In this document: piece after piece, positions 1 to 13,300 of the stretch
Layout of the letters: each line of letters opens with the position of its first letter
Position numbering within the stretch: the stretch's first letter is position 1
Source: Paraspadella gotoi
Lineage: Eukaryota; Animalia; Chaetognatha
NCBI GenBank assembly: GCA_051294375.1
Contig: CM119271.1
Location: 1,172,721-1,236,720 of the forward strand
Reading direction: 5' to 3'
DNA: 64,000 nucleotides
Translations under genes and position numbers: made by a program
The notes under the pieces: generated by a model
Database searches by the model: none
Seen by the model: only the letters and a program-made list of their open reading frames with translations
What the model was told of the DNA's origin: nothing

Positions 1-316
1 ATCGCCAAAACTTTTTTTTTCTTAATTCAAAATTATTAAAATCAAAATTATTATTATTATACAATAATAATTAGGGGCGGCGAGGGAAATGGCGGGCCCC
101 TCCACTGGCCCCCTGGCCGCCCTCCCCCTCTCTCAATAATTTTAGTTTTTAGTGATATTATGGCAACAGCCGGGTTGCCTGTGATGCCCATTTACTTGCC
201 ACAATCTGGTTAATTGGTCATATATCACAACCACAATCATTGTGCCTCTTCTTATTTCTTCTTTCTTTCTTCTTTTCTTTACTTTTTTCTCTCTTCTCAG
301 TGGCAGAAACAAAAAA

Positions 317-3300
317 ATGAAAAAAACATTGAAAACTTGCTCGCTTGTTACTTTCGCTTCTTCACTCCGTTCGCTTTATTCGCTCCTACCGCTTCTTCCG
401 CTCCTGTGGCTCGTCGGAGGCGGATCCGGACAAAATGCCGGAGGAACGGGAGTCGGAAATCCGGCGCCGGGAGGAGGAGGTGAGTCTATTTTATGATTGG
501 GTTTGATAAGTTCGAGTGTAGCGGATTGAGACGGATTAGGATAACCTTACCTGAAATTTAATTACTAATAAATAAATAAATAAAGAAATAAATAAATAAA
601 TAGATAATAACTAATAGATAATCAATAAATACATAAAAACGAAATTCTCTTTTTTTTCTCCAATCGCAGGTCCCGCATTGAACACCATCGTAGCGAAACA
701 TCCTTTTTACGTCATTCTCTCTCCCAAAGTCGTAAGTTGACGCGTTGACGTTGACGCTTTGACGTCAAAATAGACGCTCGGTTGCCAAGAAAGATGGAAG
801 AGGAACAGTAGTAAGGAATAGGGTTATGTTGTCGCTGTCCAATGGGAAAAAAGCGTGCAGCGATTAATAGCACGTGGAGCGCCTGGTTTCTACTTGAACA
901 GACTTACTTTAATTTTTTTCTATTTTTGACATTTAAGATTAATTCCTAGCGACGAGTTCTAATGAAGAACTTGTTCAAAACAGGTTTGTATTTTTTTTTT
1001 TAATTTGTGCGTACAAAATAAACAAACATTTTCTTCTTTAAATACTATCAAAGAGAAAATATAAAACGCATTTAAAATGTTATATTTATTGTTAAATTCA
1101 TTCGAGATGCGAATTTAACTACCTCATCAGACGTGAAGTAATTGGCGTAATGAATGTTGCAGATGAAAATTCGAATAGTTGTTCATGAATACTGAATAGT
1201 GAATACTGAATACTGAATATTGAATAGTCTTGTACTAAAGATCATTGATATATAAACAATTTTTTTTATTTCTCAATTTTGGCATACGCCCATATTTATA
1301 CATAGTACTTACCAGAGAAAATGTTAAAATTTTAAAATAGTTTTTTTTTTTTAGTTATGAAAGCAGATTCGAATTCTTAATAAAAAGTTGTTAAAAGAAA
1401 ATATAAGTCTGAATCAAAAATTTTTATTTAAAAATGTTCACAGGTAAAAAAGCCCGTTCATGATCGACTATTCGAATTTTGATTCAACTTGATTTTAATA
1501 TATTTGCTTCGTTTTATTGACCAATGACCAACGGCCATCGCAATAGAACGATAGAGAGAGAGCGAGAAAATAATCATTATCGGAATCTCCAGTCAGAGTT
1601 TACCGCTCAATGACAATGGACAGAGAAAAAAAAACGCTGTTCGTTGGCGAATTTCATGATTTCTGGGAAAAAGGGAGACGAAACAATCCTGGGCGGCGCC
1701 ATCCCTTTTTTTTTTTTCTGGACAGGAACCTTTTATTTCTTTGTCTTTTTTTAGTTCTCGTCGCTTTTCTGGTTTTTACTTTTTTCTCGAATTCATTTTA
1801 AGAAGTCGAGAAACTACTTTTCGCGTGACTAAATTTGCAGCGAATTCAACAATTAAAAAAAAAATATTCTTCTCTTTTCTCCGTTTGGAAAAGCGACTCG
1901 AATTTTTTCGCCCTTCGCAACTCAGGTTCGTAGTTGAAAATGTTAATAATTAAATAAAAGGGAAAAAAAAGTAGAGATATTTGTCTCTTCGGTAATGAGG
2001 TAAGTTACACTCAATGGGGTGTGTCAAAAGCTCAAACGTAAATTTAGACATTTTTAAAAATACTTTCAACGATGGGGCAAAACATTTCTTATATGGCTCC
2101 ATACCCTAGTAATTATTTTTTTTAATATCTATTAATCGATAAGAAAGCCCAAAATTTTTGGTGGGAATTTTTAAATTTTAAGACCAGATTCAGATAGCTC
2201 AAACAAAGTATATTTTTATGATAACTGAGTCAAAAATAAGAAAACCTTCAAAAATTGTTATCATCATCATCTTTCAATGTTTTTATCATTTTTTTTTATA
2301 TTTTCACTTAGAAAACGTAAGAATTTTTAAAAGCTGTAATTATAGTTTTTATTAACTTTTTATGCTCTATGATAATCCATCAAAAACTTTAAGATTTTTT
2401 AGTCGGATCCACTTTGTCGGTCCGTCGATCCGCCCCCTCAATCTTGTCGTTCATTAACTTATTTCATGTCAGAACATCTAATTATGATAAATTATGCAAA
2501 CAAAATGATGTCCGTCCGTCCGTCTCACCTTAGTAAAAAACTTCAATTACTCATTATTTTTTGTGTGTGAGTAGGAAAGTGTGTGATTGAGCTGTATATA
2601 AAATTTTGTTGGAATCGTGTTTGTGGAAATGATTTTAAATGTAAAAAACAAAAGTCATATTTACTTGAAGTATCTTGACTTATATTTACTCATAATTGTT
2701 ATATTTATTAAAAATTGGATAGATAAATTGAAATGAAATTTTGTGTGTGGGTAGGAAACTATGAAATTAAGCTGGAAATAAATTTTTGATGCAATCGTAG
2801 GAGTGGAAAAGAGTTTAAATTAGAAAACCAAATGACACATTTATTTGAATTTTTTAAAATATTTCTCTTTCTCTTCTCTCTCTGATTGATTGATTGATTG
2901 ATTGATTGCAAGCTGATCAAATTATGCCAGTTGACCAAATTATCCAAGTGACAAAATTCTGCAAGTTGAACAAATTATGCATGTTGAAAAAAATTATGTC
3001 AGTTGACCATATTATGCAAGTTGACCAAATTATGCAAAATTATCAAATTATGCAAGCTGGTATTAGCGAGGTATTGATGGTATTGATAGATCATTTGATT
3101 TATAGATTTTTTCATAGATTTATTTAGAAGTCTGTTATGATTTTTTATGTTACAACATGTTATGATCTGTTAAGATCACAAATTAAAAGTCAGAAAACAT
3201 TACCGTGATTTATCATCGGATTAGCTTATTACCATTTAATTATCGTTGGCAGATCCGACATTGTTTGCTCCAACTTGTTAATTATGCTAGTACCCTCAGA

Positions 3301-4306
3301 AGAAAGCATTTTTGACAAAAAATATATTTTAATACGATAATCTATGCTCCTGATAGATTATTTTAACGCGGCATACATTAGAATTAAAATTTCATCGGCT
3401 ATGGCTAATAAAAAGGGAATAGTTTTAATTCTCCTCTGATCATTTCTGGGAAATCTTACCATTTTTCTCAGAAATGGTAACTTAATCCTTAGCGATCAGA
3501 AATTCCAACCATTGACCCAGGAAATAGGATTTTAAATTTTGATAGGCTTTTTTTTTTTTTTAAATTATTAACCTACGTTATCTCTAATCTTCTTATCTTT
3601 TTCTTTTTAAATCTGTTTTATTTTTATCGAAGACTTCGCTTGTCACCCGACAGATATTGATTAGGCTGAAGGCTGTAAAAAAGCCCGTATGTTTTGTTTT
3701 ACCGTGTGTGTGTGTGTTTATTGGTCTGTGTACGTGTGACACACAGTGTAATACACTGTGTATGTTCAACTTAAATCGAAAAATTTAATTTCAGTTTTTG
3801 TCAAATCAAGAAAAGCCCTTCTTTTCGACATTAATTGAGACTTCGGGCCTTCCCAATTTTTTAAATGGAATCTCTGGCAGTATATTTAAGCAATTCTAAA
3901 TGCAATTAAAACAATAAAGTATTAAAATAAACTGTAAAACAAAAAATAATAATTAAAATGCCGTTTCTCGATACTTACGAGGATGGAAGAACGATTATAC
4001 GAGTAAGTAAGACGAAATGACGAATAGACAAACAACAACGACGACGACGACGACGACGACGTTTTCCCTTCTCTTTAATCCTCCAGGTCTTCGTCCGCCG
4101 ATCCATGGCGGCCACACCGGACGATCCCGCCAACGGCTCGGTCCTTCTCCCTGGCTTTTGCGGCGACGAGCCCTTCTGGAACTGGTCGCAGAGCTGGGCG
4201 ACCGATCGGCCGAGATTCTCTGAATGTCTGGTTCAATCGGTGCCTGTTTGGATCCCGGCAGCTGTCATTTGGATGGCGGCCATCATGGCACCAAAGAGGT
4301 GAGAGA

Positions 4307-4352
<46 letters not shown>

Positions 4353-7300
4353 CTCATCCTCCCACCTATACCCTCCCCAGTCTCCTCCAACCGCCCTCTT
4401 CTCCAATTATGCGATGGAAATCATCGCCACTTCGAATCAAGCTCGTCGTCGTCTTCAAACTTCTCGTCTGCTTGACTATCGTCTGCTGCGGCGCCGCTTC
4501 CCTCTACATCTCTCTCCATCGACGCCGCGACGAAGCCGGCGCCGTTCCGCTCTTCTCCGTCATCTCACCCGCGGCGTCGATCGTAACGACGGCGTTAGTG
4601 GCCGGCGTCATTTGGCGAGAGAGTTTGGGCGCGCCGCTGGGAGCCGGACTGGCGCTCTTTCTCTATTGGCTACTCGCTGCGGCGCTGGCTGCGCTGTCGC
4701 TCTGGCGATTCGTGAACGGCGGCGGCGACGCGGCGCCGAATTCGAGCAATAGCTGCAGCGGCGACGGCTTCGACTGCGACTCTGTTGTGGCGCCGGAAAT
4801 GGGCGTCGTCGGCGTCGTTTATGCGTTGGCGTCGATTTTGATGTTCGTACTTCAATTCTTCAATCTGTCCGTCCATCAGTCCGCTGCTCCGTTCGATCGG
4901 GTATGGATTTGTTAGCACTATTTTCCAAATTCGCCCAATTTCTAATCTAATCTAATCTAATCTAATCTAATTTTTCAACTTAACTTTGTGATATAATCCT
5001 TTCGTTTCGTTGTGTAATGACTAATGACAATTAGAAGAGTTTGAAATTAGTTTCAACAACGATCTTATTTAATCCCTAATCCTTAACCCTCACCTAATCC
5101 ATAACTCTAATCCTTAAACTTATTCTGAACCCAAAATGCTCTTTTTAATCCTCATCCTAAACTAAAAATTTAATCAAACTTTAAACTTAATCCCTAACCC
5201 TAATTCAAATCTAATCCACAAACTAATCCCGATCTTTAGATCTTCTGAAATTTAGCTTAAATAAGGCGCTTTTGGAAAATATGTTTTGATGAGAAAGAGT
5301 TTCGTAAGCAATTTTTTACGCAAAGCCAATCATCCTCCTTTCAGGCAAGCACTCCGTCCCGCCTTTTTCTCTCTTGGTTGACGCCTCTCATGCGTCGCGG
5401 ATTTCAGCGTCAACTTGAACTGGATGACATCGACGATTTCCCGCGGGAATTTAAGAGCGAAAACGTGGATCGGGAATTAGAGGAGAAATCGACGAGAAGA
5501 TCGAGACGAACGGAGATGAGGAGTTGGAAGAACAAGATCCGCGGAGCAGACCATCCCCGCCTTGAAGGATGCGAAGAATCCGAAGGCCTCATCGAAGATC
5601 ACGGAATCGATCGAGATCCGAAGCCGTCTCTCTCCACGATCGCCACGCTTTTGCTCTCTCACAAATCCACGATATTTTGGATTCTATTTTTAGACGTGGC
5701 CAGGATTCCATTTACTTTGGGCAAGCCCGTCGCCTTGGGATGGCTCATCCAGTGGATGGAAGGGTCGGAGGATCGACTGTGGCAAGCCTGGGTCCTCGTC
5801 GGCATCATCGGATTCTGTAATGTATTCGATCTGTTGATGTACACTTTTTACGGATGGACGGGTTGGCTGCTCGGGTTGAAGCTCAACGTCGGGATCAAGA
5901 ACGCCGTCTATCGGAAGAGTTTAAGTTTGGCGTCTTCATCGCGGCAAACGACATCTGTGGGAGAAATGATAAATCTCGTCAATCAAGACGCCACCAAATT
6001 CTACGTCTTCATGTTCATGATCGAAAATGTCGTGGCGCCGTTCGAGTTCGCCGTCTATTTTTATCTCCTCTGGCAACAGTTCGGAACTGCTTTCCTGCCA
6101 GGTCTCGCTTTCCTGTGCTTGCTCGTTCCACTCAACGCTTATTTGACGAAGAAGCAAAAGGATTTGCAAGAGAATTGGATGCGAGTCAAAGATTCACGCG
6201 TGAGACTCGTCAACGAAATCGTGAACGGGATAAAAGTCATCAAATTTTACGCTTGGGAAAAACCTTTCCTGCTAAACGTTTCTCGAATTCGACGGGAAGA
6301 AATTGAGAAAAGGAAACGAATCATGATGTTGGACGTTTTGCTGGCGTTCATTTATCAAACGGCGACGATGATGGTCGCCGGGATCACTTTCGCCGTCTTC
6401 AGCTTGACCCCGGGCAACGTTTTCACCGCCGACGTGGCCTTCGTGGCACTGAGCTACTTGGGCCGGTTGAAGAATCGATTCTTTTGGCTGCCGATCACTA
6501 TATTCGACGCGGTGCAGATGTACGTGGCCGGAAAGAGGATCGACCGATTCATGAATCGCGATGAAACCAAAGATTTTGGGTCGAAAAGATCGAGAGACAA
6601 ATCCATCCTTTTCACCAACGCTTCCTTCAAATGGTCGACGGAGGGAAAAGAAGTTTTGAAAAACGTTAACTTTCGAGTGGATCCGGGTCAGTTAGCCGTC
6701 GTTACGGGTCCAGTGGGCAGCGGGAAGTCCTCCTTAGTGGCCGCTTTGCTCGGCGAAATGATGCGCGTCAGAGGAGGCGTAAAAGCGAACGGTGATATAG
6801 CCTACGTCGGCCAACAGCCTTGGCTAAAAAACGACACGATTAAAAACAATATTCTCTTCGGAAAATGCATCGAGGAAGAATTGTATCGAAATACGATGGA
6901 ATGTTGCGCGCTCCTCGATGATTTCATCTCGTTTCCTGCGGGAGACGAAACGGAAATAGGAGAAAACGGCATCACGCTCTCTGGTGGTCAAAAACTGAGA
7001 ATCGCTCTTGCGAGGGCCGTTTACGCAGATTCGGAAATTTACGTGATGGACGATCCGTTGTCGGCCGTGGACGAGCACGTCGGCAAACACCTCTTCGAGA
7101 GAGTCTTGGGTCCTTCGGGGATGTTGAGGGATAAGACGAGACTTTTGACGATGAGCGGGGAGAAGTACGCGGCGTTGGCGAATTTGGTCGTTAGGATTAA
7201 AGACGGCGAGATCACGGAACTCGTTTCACAAGAAAATCCAATCCTATCTCACGCTGAATTTGCTGATCACATTCCAGTTGATTTCAAGTCGAACCGTTCT

Positions 7301-10300
7301 TCAAAAGACGTTCAAGCCGGCAAGCTCATGGACATTGAACAAAATCAAAGCGGTCGAGTAAAAACAAGAGTTTATCAAAGTTTCATGGAAGCTTTTGGAA
7401 GATCCGTTTGCCTGATCGGTCTGCTGTGTATCATTGTCATCGAAATGACAAACATGTTTACCGGTTTGTGGTTGGCTAAATGGACCGACGACAATGACCA
7501 GGTCAACAATTCGGATCATTACGTAAATGCAACTAGGAACGATAATCGCCAACGAATTCTATATCACATGCTCGTCTACAACGGTTTGTCCATCCTCTCA
7601 TGCGTCCTCCTCATCGGCAAAGGCCTCGCCAATGTCGCCGGCACCATCCACTGCGCCAATCACTTTCACGACATCCTCGCCTCGCGCGTCATTTCATATC
7701 CGATTCATTTCTTCGACTCAAATCCAATTGGAAGAATCATCAACAGATTTTCCTCGGACATCGAAGCCGTGGACACTAGACTAAGCGGGAGTTTCGTGGG
7801 ATTTTTCGGCACGTTGACGAGTTGCGCTTTCGTCTTTATCGGCTTGACTTACACCCAACCTTGGCTCCTCGTCTTATTCCCCTTTCTGCTGCTGTACTTT
7901 GTCGCTCTGCTCAAGTTTTACATCCCCGCCGCTCGACAGCTGCGGCGTCTAGAGTCGACGGCGAAGACCAAGTTTCTCTCGCAGTTCGGAGAGTCGCAAA
8001 CTGGAATAAGAACGATTCGCGCTTTTCGAAAGGAAAAAGATTTCGTGAAATCATTTTTTAAGTCGGTGGACGAACATACGAAAGCTTGGTACTCGATGCA
8101 GACCTCGGATTGGTGGGTCCTAATTTGTATCAATTGCACGTCGACGGTGGTGCTGCTGATTTGCGGAGTGTTGGCCGTGGTGAGCGGCGGCGCCACGGCT
8201 GGAATCGTTGGCGCATCTTTGACCTTCGCCTTCAACATCAGCGACAGTTTGGGTCAGACGATGCGGTGGGCGGCGGAATTAGAAAAAGATCTCGTGGCGA
8301 TCGAGAGAATCAAGGAATACGCGAGCGGAGAGATCGAAAATGGCGGCGTCGAAGACGACGTAAACGCCGACTGGCTCCGCAACGGAGACGTCAACTTCGA
8401 TCATTACAGCGCCAACTATCGTCAAAATCTTCCCCTCGTTTTGAGAGATATAAATTTCGTGGCGCCAGGTAGCGAAAAGATCGGGATAGTCGGCAAAACG
8501 GGGGCGGGAAAATCTAGTTTGACTCTGGCGTTGTACAGAATGATTCGTGGCACGGAGGGAAGAATATTGATCGATGATAGCGACATCTCGGAATTGGATT
8601 TGTCCGATCTCAGAACTCACCTCGCCATCATTCCGCAAAATCCCGTCATCTTTTCCGGCACATTGCGCTTTAACTTGGACCCGTTCGATGTTCATTCCGA
8701 TGCTGAGATTTGGGAAGCCATAGAACTCGCGTATTTATCGGAATTTGTGAAAATATTTCCCGATCGGTTAAATCACGAGTGCAGCGAATTCGGAGAAAAT
8801 CTTTCGGTCGGTCAGAAGCAACTTCTTTGTCTGGCCAGAGCTCTTCTCAAGAAACCCAAAATTTTGGTCCTGGACGAAGCCACCGCCTCGGTCGATTTGG
8901 AAACCGACGAAAAGATTCAGAAGGCGATCAGGGAGCACTTTCAAAGCTGCACGGTTTTCACTATAGCTCATAGAATAAACACTGTGATGGATCACGATAA
9001 AATTATTGTGATGGGCGACGGGGTGATAAAAGAAAGCGGACGTCCCGAAGATTTACTTGAAAGGAAGGATGGGAGCTTTTACGCTTTGGTTAAAGAAGCT
9101 GGACTTTTACATTAGACAAATTAGTGTAAGAAATAGATAAGAGATATATCATATGTACTGCATACCCTGTAGTGCATACCCTAGTCGTTACTGTCTACAT
9201 AATTTTGTTACAGAGAAAAATCCTTAGTTTTTGATGTTCCGTATTGTTTCTGTGATATTTTCTTTCTGATCTAGGATCTCCATTTTTTTTTTCGTTTTAT
9301 GCTAAAGTGGCATATTTTTTTTCCTTTTTTGATGTTTGGACTTGTGATAATCAAAATTGACATTTGATTTTTAAAAAAACATATTGCTCACACAAAAGTT
9401 TTTATTTTTCTCAGTTATTACTATGTTTTTTTATCGAGTTTGCAAGATATAGTGATAGTGATATAGCGAGAGTGAGATGGTCAGGGACAAAAGATCCGTC
9501 TAAGAATTTAAGACAATTAAAGTTACACGCCTGGTATAAAATATTTTTATCTCTTACTAAAGTATAGCCTCATGGTTTTAAACATAGTTTCATTTCAATG
9601 TATATATTTTCTTTCCACTTATACTTATGTATAATTGTATATATATATGTTTTTGAATTTAAATCTATTTTCGCTTTTTTTTATAATTTTCAAATTGATT
9701 TTTTCATTTCATAGCTAAATTCAAAATTAGGAGGACTATCTAATATCTATAAATCAATACTTCTATACATCTTTAAAGTGTACAACACCGTATCGGCTTT
9801 AACATGATATTTGTCCACAAAACAAGCGCAATCTTGCCAAAAGTTGGAAAGAAAGGAAAAGTGATAAAATAAAAATGTATGGAGGACTAAAATCCACCAA
9901 CCGTTCATCAGCAGCCATTGTTGCCGGAGGCAAGTCATTCGCCTCCCAACCCAAAGGCCCGGGGTTCTAGCCCGGTGGTCGTCTGACAGTTAAGAGGGAC
10001 GGGGCGCTTAACCCGCCTGTAACACGGTGTTACAGCCTGATCCGAAGCTCAGAGACTGCTTATATTGAACGATTCTGTCACTAACACATAACAATAATTA
10101 CTGTCTCTTCAAATGAATCTATTGTGACGAATCCTTAATTCGCCTCCCATATCTAGCTTGGTGAAACTTGGCTCACCATTGGCTCACCATTGGCTCACCA
10201 ACCGTGAGTTCCGGGTTCAATCCCCTCGCGGTCATGCTGATTATTTTTAAGTAATGTTATGGTTAAGTTTGATGGTGTCGGCATAAACACGCCACTGACA

Positions 10301-13300
10301 TTGGGGTGGTCATTGCAGGCCCAAAGCCCTGAGCGCCAGCAGTAGGGAGATGCCTCACACCCCGGACTTCACACATGTCTCCCCGTTGCCATACTATATG
10401 TATATTCCACAATTTTCTCTACAAATACTCACAGGTGAGACCCGGCGTGCAGTACAAAGCCGTCGTCACAATCACCGAACATTGTCCCTACAATTCGGTG
10501 AGAGTCGGTGGCGCCATCACGAGAGACGGGATCGAGATCGCCGGCAACGCCAAGGTGGGGAGGATGATGAAGAAGAGGTCGAGGAGGAAGAGGAGGAAGA
10601 GGATGAAAATTTGGAGGAGGAAGAATAGGGAAAGGAGCTCTATTTTCTGATATTGCCTTATTTCTGTTTCCTAATTCTTAAATTTAATTTTAACCCTGAT
10701 AGATCGCTTACCAAAACCTTAACATTAACCTTTAAACCTATCCTAACCTTAATCCCGAACCCTGATCCTTAAAAAATCTATAATCAAATCCCTAACCCGA
10801 TTTTTAATCCGTAACTTGATACTCAATCGTAAAAACTAATAACCTAATATGAATTTAAGTCAAAATGGGCCGCTTCTGGAATATGTGACCATAAACGGTA
10901 AGTTTGGATATCATCAACCCAATTTTTTTTTATCCACACAGGTTTTCTACCGTGGAATTCCAGATCACCTTTTGATGTTGGTTCCTACAAACGCTGACGT
11001 CGGAATATACAAATTCATGTCTCAAGGTGATGATAATGTGAAATTGTCACCGATGACAAAGTCAAGCGATATGATATGTCGTTTCTTAAGAACCTTATTT
11101 CAATGTTTAATATTCGTGACCCATCGTTAATAACAACAACAACCACGTTCCCTCTCAATTCGTCAGGTGTCGCTGACGAGAATTTAGGTTTTTTGTTCAA
11201 CGAACAACGAAGTCTCGAGTTCGATTCTCGGTCTCTCATCGTTTTCGTTCAAACGTCTCAACCTATACAAAATAATTTGAATCCCGTCACCATGAGGATC
11301 ATTGCGTTGCACAAGGATCTATCGCCTTATACTGGTGAAAGTCTGGGCGACCCGCGCGCATATAAGATAAATAAGAATTTGAGAAATTCTATGTAAAATG
11401 ATAGAAAATAGTACTCAGGGAAAACGCGTCAGTGATCATAGCACGTTGAAGTAATTAAACGTCATAATTTTAGAAGTAGCCAAATGTCGCCAGGGTTAAT
11501 TCTTTCTTAATCTGCTAGTGTTTTTTTAAAAACCTAAGGCTAAGAATAGAAAAATAGAGACTTTGCTAAAAATTTTAAACCAATAAAAATATTTTAGAAG
11601 TACTGCAATATGCAAATGATAATTTAAGATTATGGGCGCTCTGGCGAGGATGAGAATACATGGTTTGATTTCAATTAAATCAGGAAACGTTGAGGTGAAA
11701 GTCATCGACAAAAACGACGTCGTCATGAAGTTTTACAAAAACATCCGCTGCTTTCAGGTGAGAAAATTTTTAAACATTATTATTATCGCATTAATTTTCT
11801 ATGATCTGTTATGTGCATGTATTGTATTTTTTGTTTGTTTGTATGTTGTTTGAAAGTTATGTTTGTTTAAATGTTTTTGGTGGAGTAACTTTATCAAAAA
11901 CCTGCATATGAAACCTCATACGAAATTACTTTCTTATAGTTAAACTATTGCATGTGCATTTTGCAGTGTGCAATGATACAATAACAAATGCAGATGGCGC
12001 TTCCTGAATCATTATCATAATACTTCGATACTAAATATACCAGCTATTTTTCCATTAGTTTTCCTTAGTCTATTCCTTTCCCCTTGACCCATCCGTTCCC
12101 TTTCCCTTTCCCTTTCCCTTTCCCTTTCCCTTTTCCAGGGCGTGGCTCGCATCCCGTCCTTCAAACGCCCCGTGCCCACAGCAAAGCCTCTTTGGCGGGT
12201 CGTTGTTCGCGCGCAGAATCACGATTACGTCACGATGTTGTATCAAGCGAGAGTCAAGGATAATAGAATAGAGGCAAGACCGGAAGGGGGGGCGGGTGAG
12301 AGTAAACGCTTGCTTAAATTCAATTGGCGTTGGTAAAGCTTGTTCAAATTAAACTGAACCACTTGGCATGATTAGAGATATCAGATTTCAAAATGTATGT
12401 TTTAACTTTTAAAAACAAAAATTTTCAAAATAGAACTTGAAATTATTCATATACAATATGAAATTGGTGCGACAAATAAAAATTATCCATTTATTTAATA
12501 AATAAGCTATCTTGCCCCTGACTTTGGACAGGCTTTGGTGGTTTAAGGCCTCAATCACTCTTACAAGATAATGACATAGCAGGTCCCTGCAAGCTTTCAA
12601 TCAAGACTCTCTCACAGTCTCGTTTATTAACTCCCAGAGTAACCCAAATCACCGAATCTAATTACTCAATCACTCATTCAATCACAACAGGTGAACGTCT
12701 CATCTCCTTTCCTCATTCCCGACGATAAAGAAACCTTCACAGTCGCCGCCGACGCCATCTTTTATCCCGACATGAGATTTTTCGAGGGAGAGATCAACAT
12801 GACTGCCACCGTCGTCTCCGCTGACGGAAAATCGTGAGCTCGTCAAACGTTTAAAAGTGTGAATTGGCTAGAATTTTTAAGAGCGCCCCATTTCTGTTTG
12901 TAATTTGTAAAAACTAATTTAAATCTGAATACTACAAATATTGCCCTTGTCTCTAACAAATTACTTGATTCATTTCCACAACCCATTCTTAACATTATTC
13001 CTTATCCTAATCCTTAGCCCGATTTACCTGTGCCTTATCTACTAACCCAAATTCTATATACCAAGACAGTAAGGCGGAACAGGTTACAAACTAACATAAG
13101 TCCGGAATAGATATTGTAGACTGTAGCATAATCCCTAAACCAATTTCTAACTTTTGCTGGAAGATTTTTCTCGACGTCTCGTTGTTGTAATGAATCAAAA
13201 CTTTATTTATTTATAATAAAAAAAAAATATTTATTAGATTCTCATGCTTGTTAATTTTTTTTTTCTCTTTTCCAGAAACGGGACCGTAAAGAAAATAATA

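Noticed and set aside
73-130. GC-rich imperfect hairpin upstream of Mcr
   Set aside because: Too short to distinguish a promoter GC-box from a MITE remnant.
2906-3127. ORF with MQVDQI repeats; superficially CRISPR-like periodicity
   Set aside because: An 18-bp minisatellite without unique spacers, in a eukaryotic intron, with no cas genes.
5410-8995. Many short overlapping and antisense ORFs within the ABCC exon
   Set aside because: Shadow frames of a GC3-rich CDS; no recognisable motifs.
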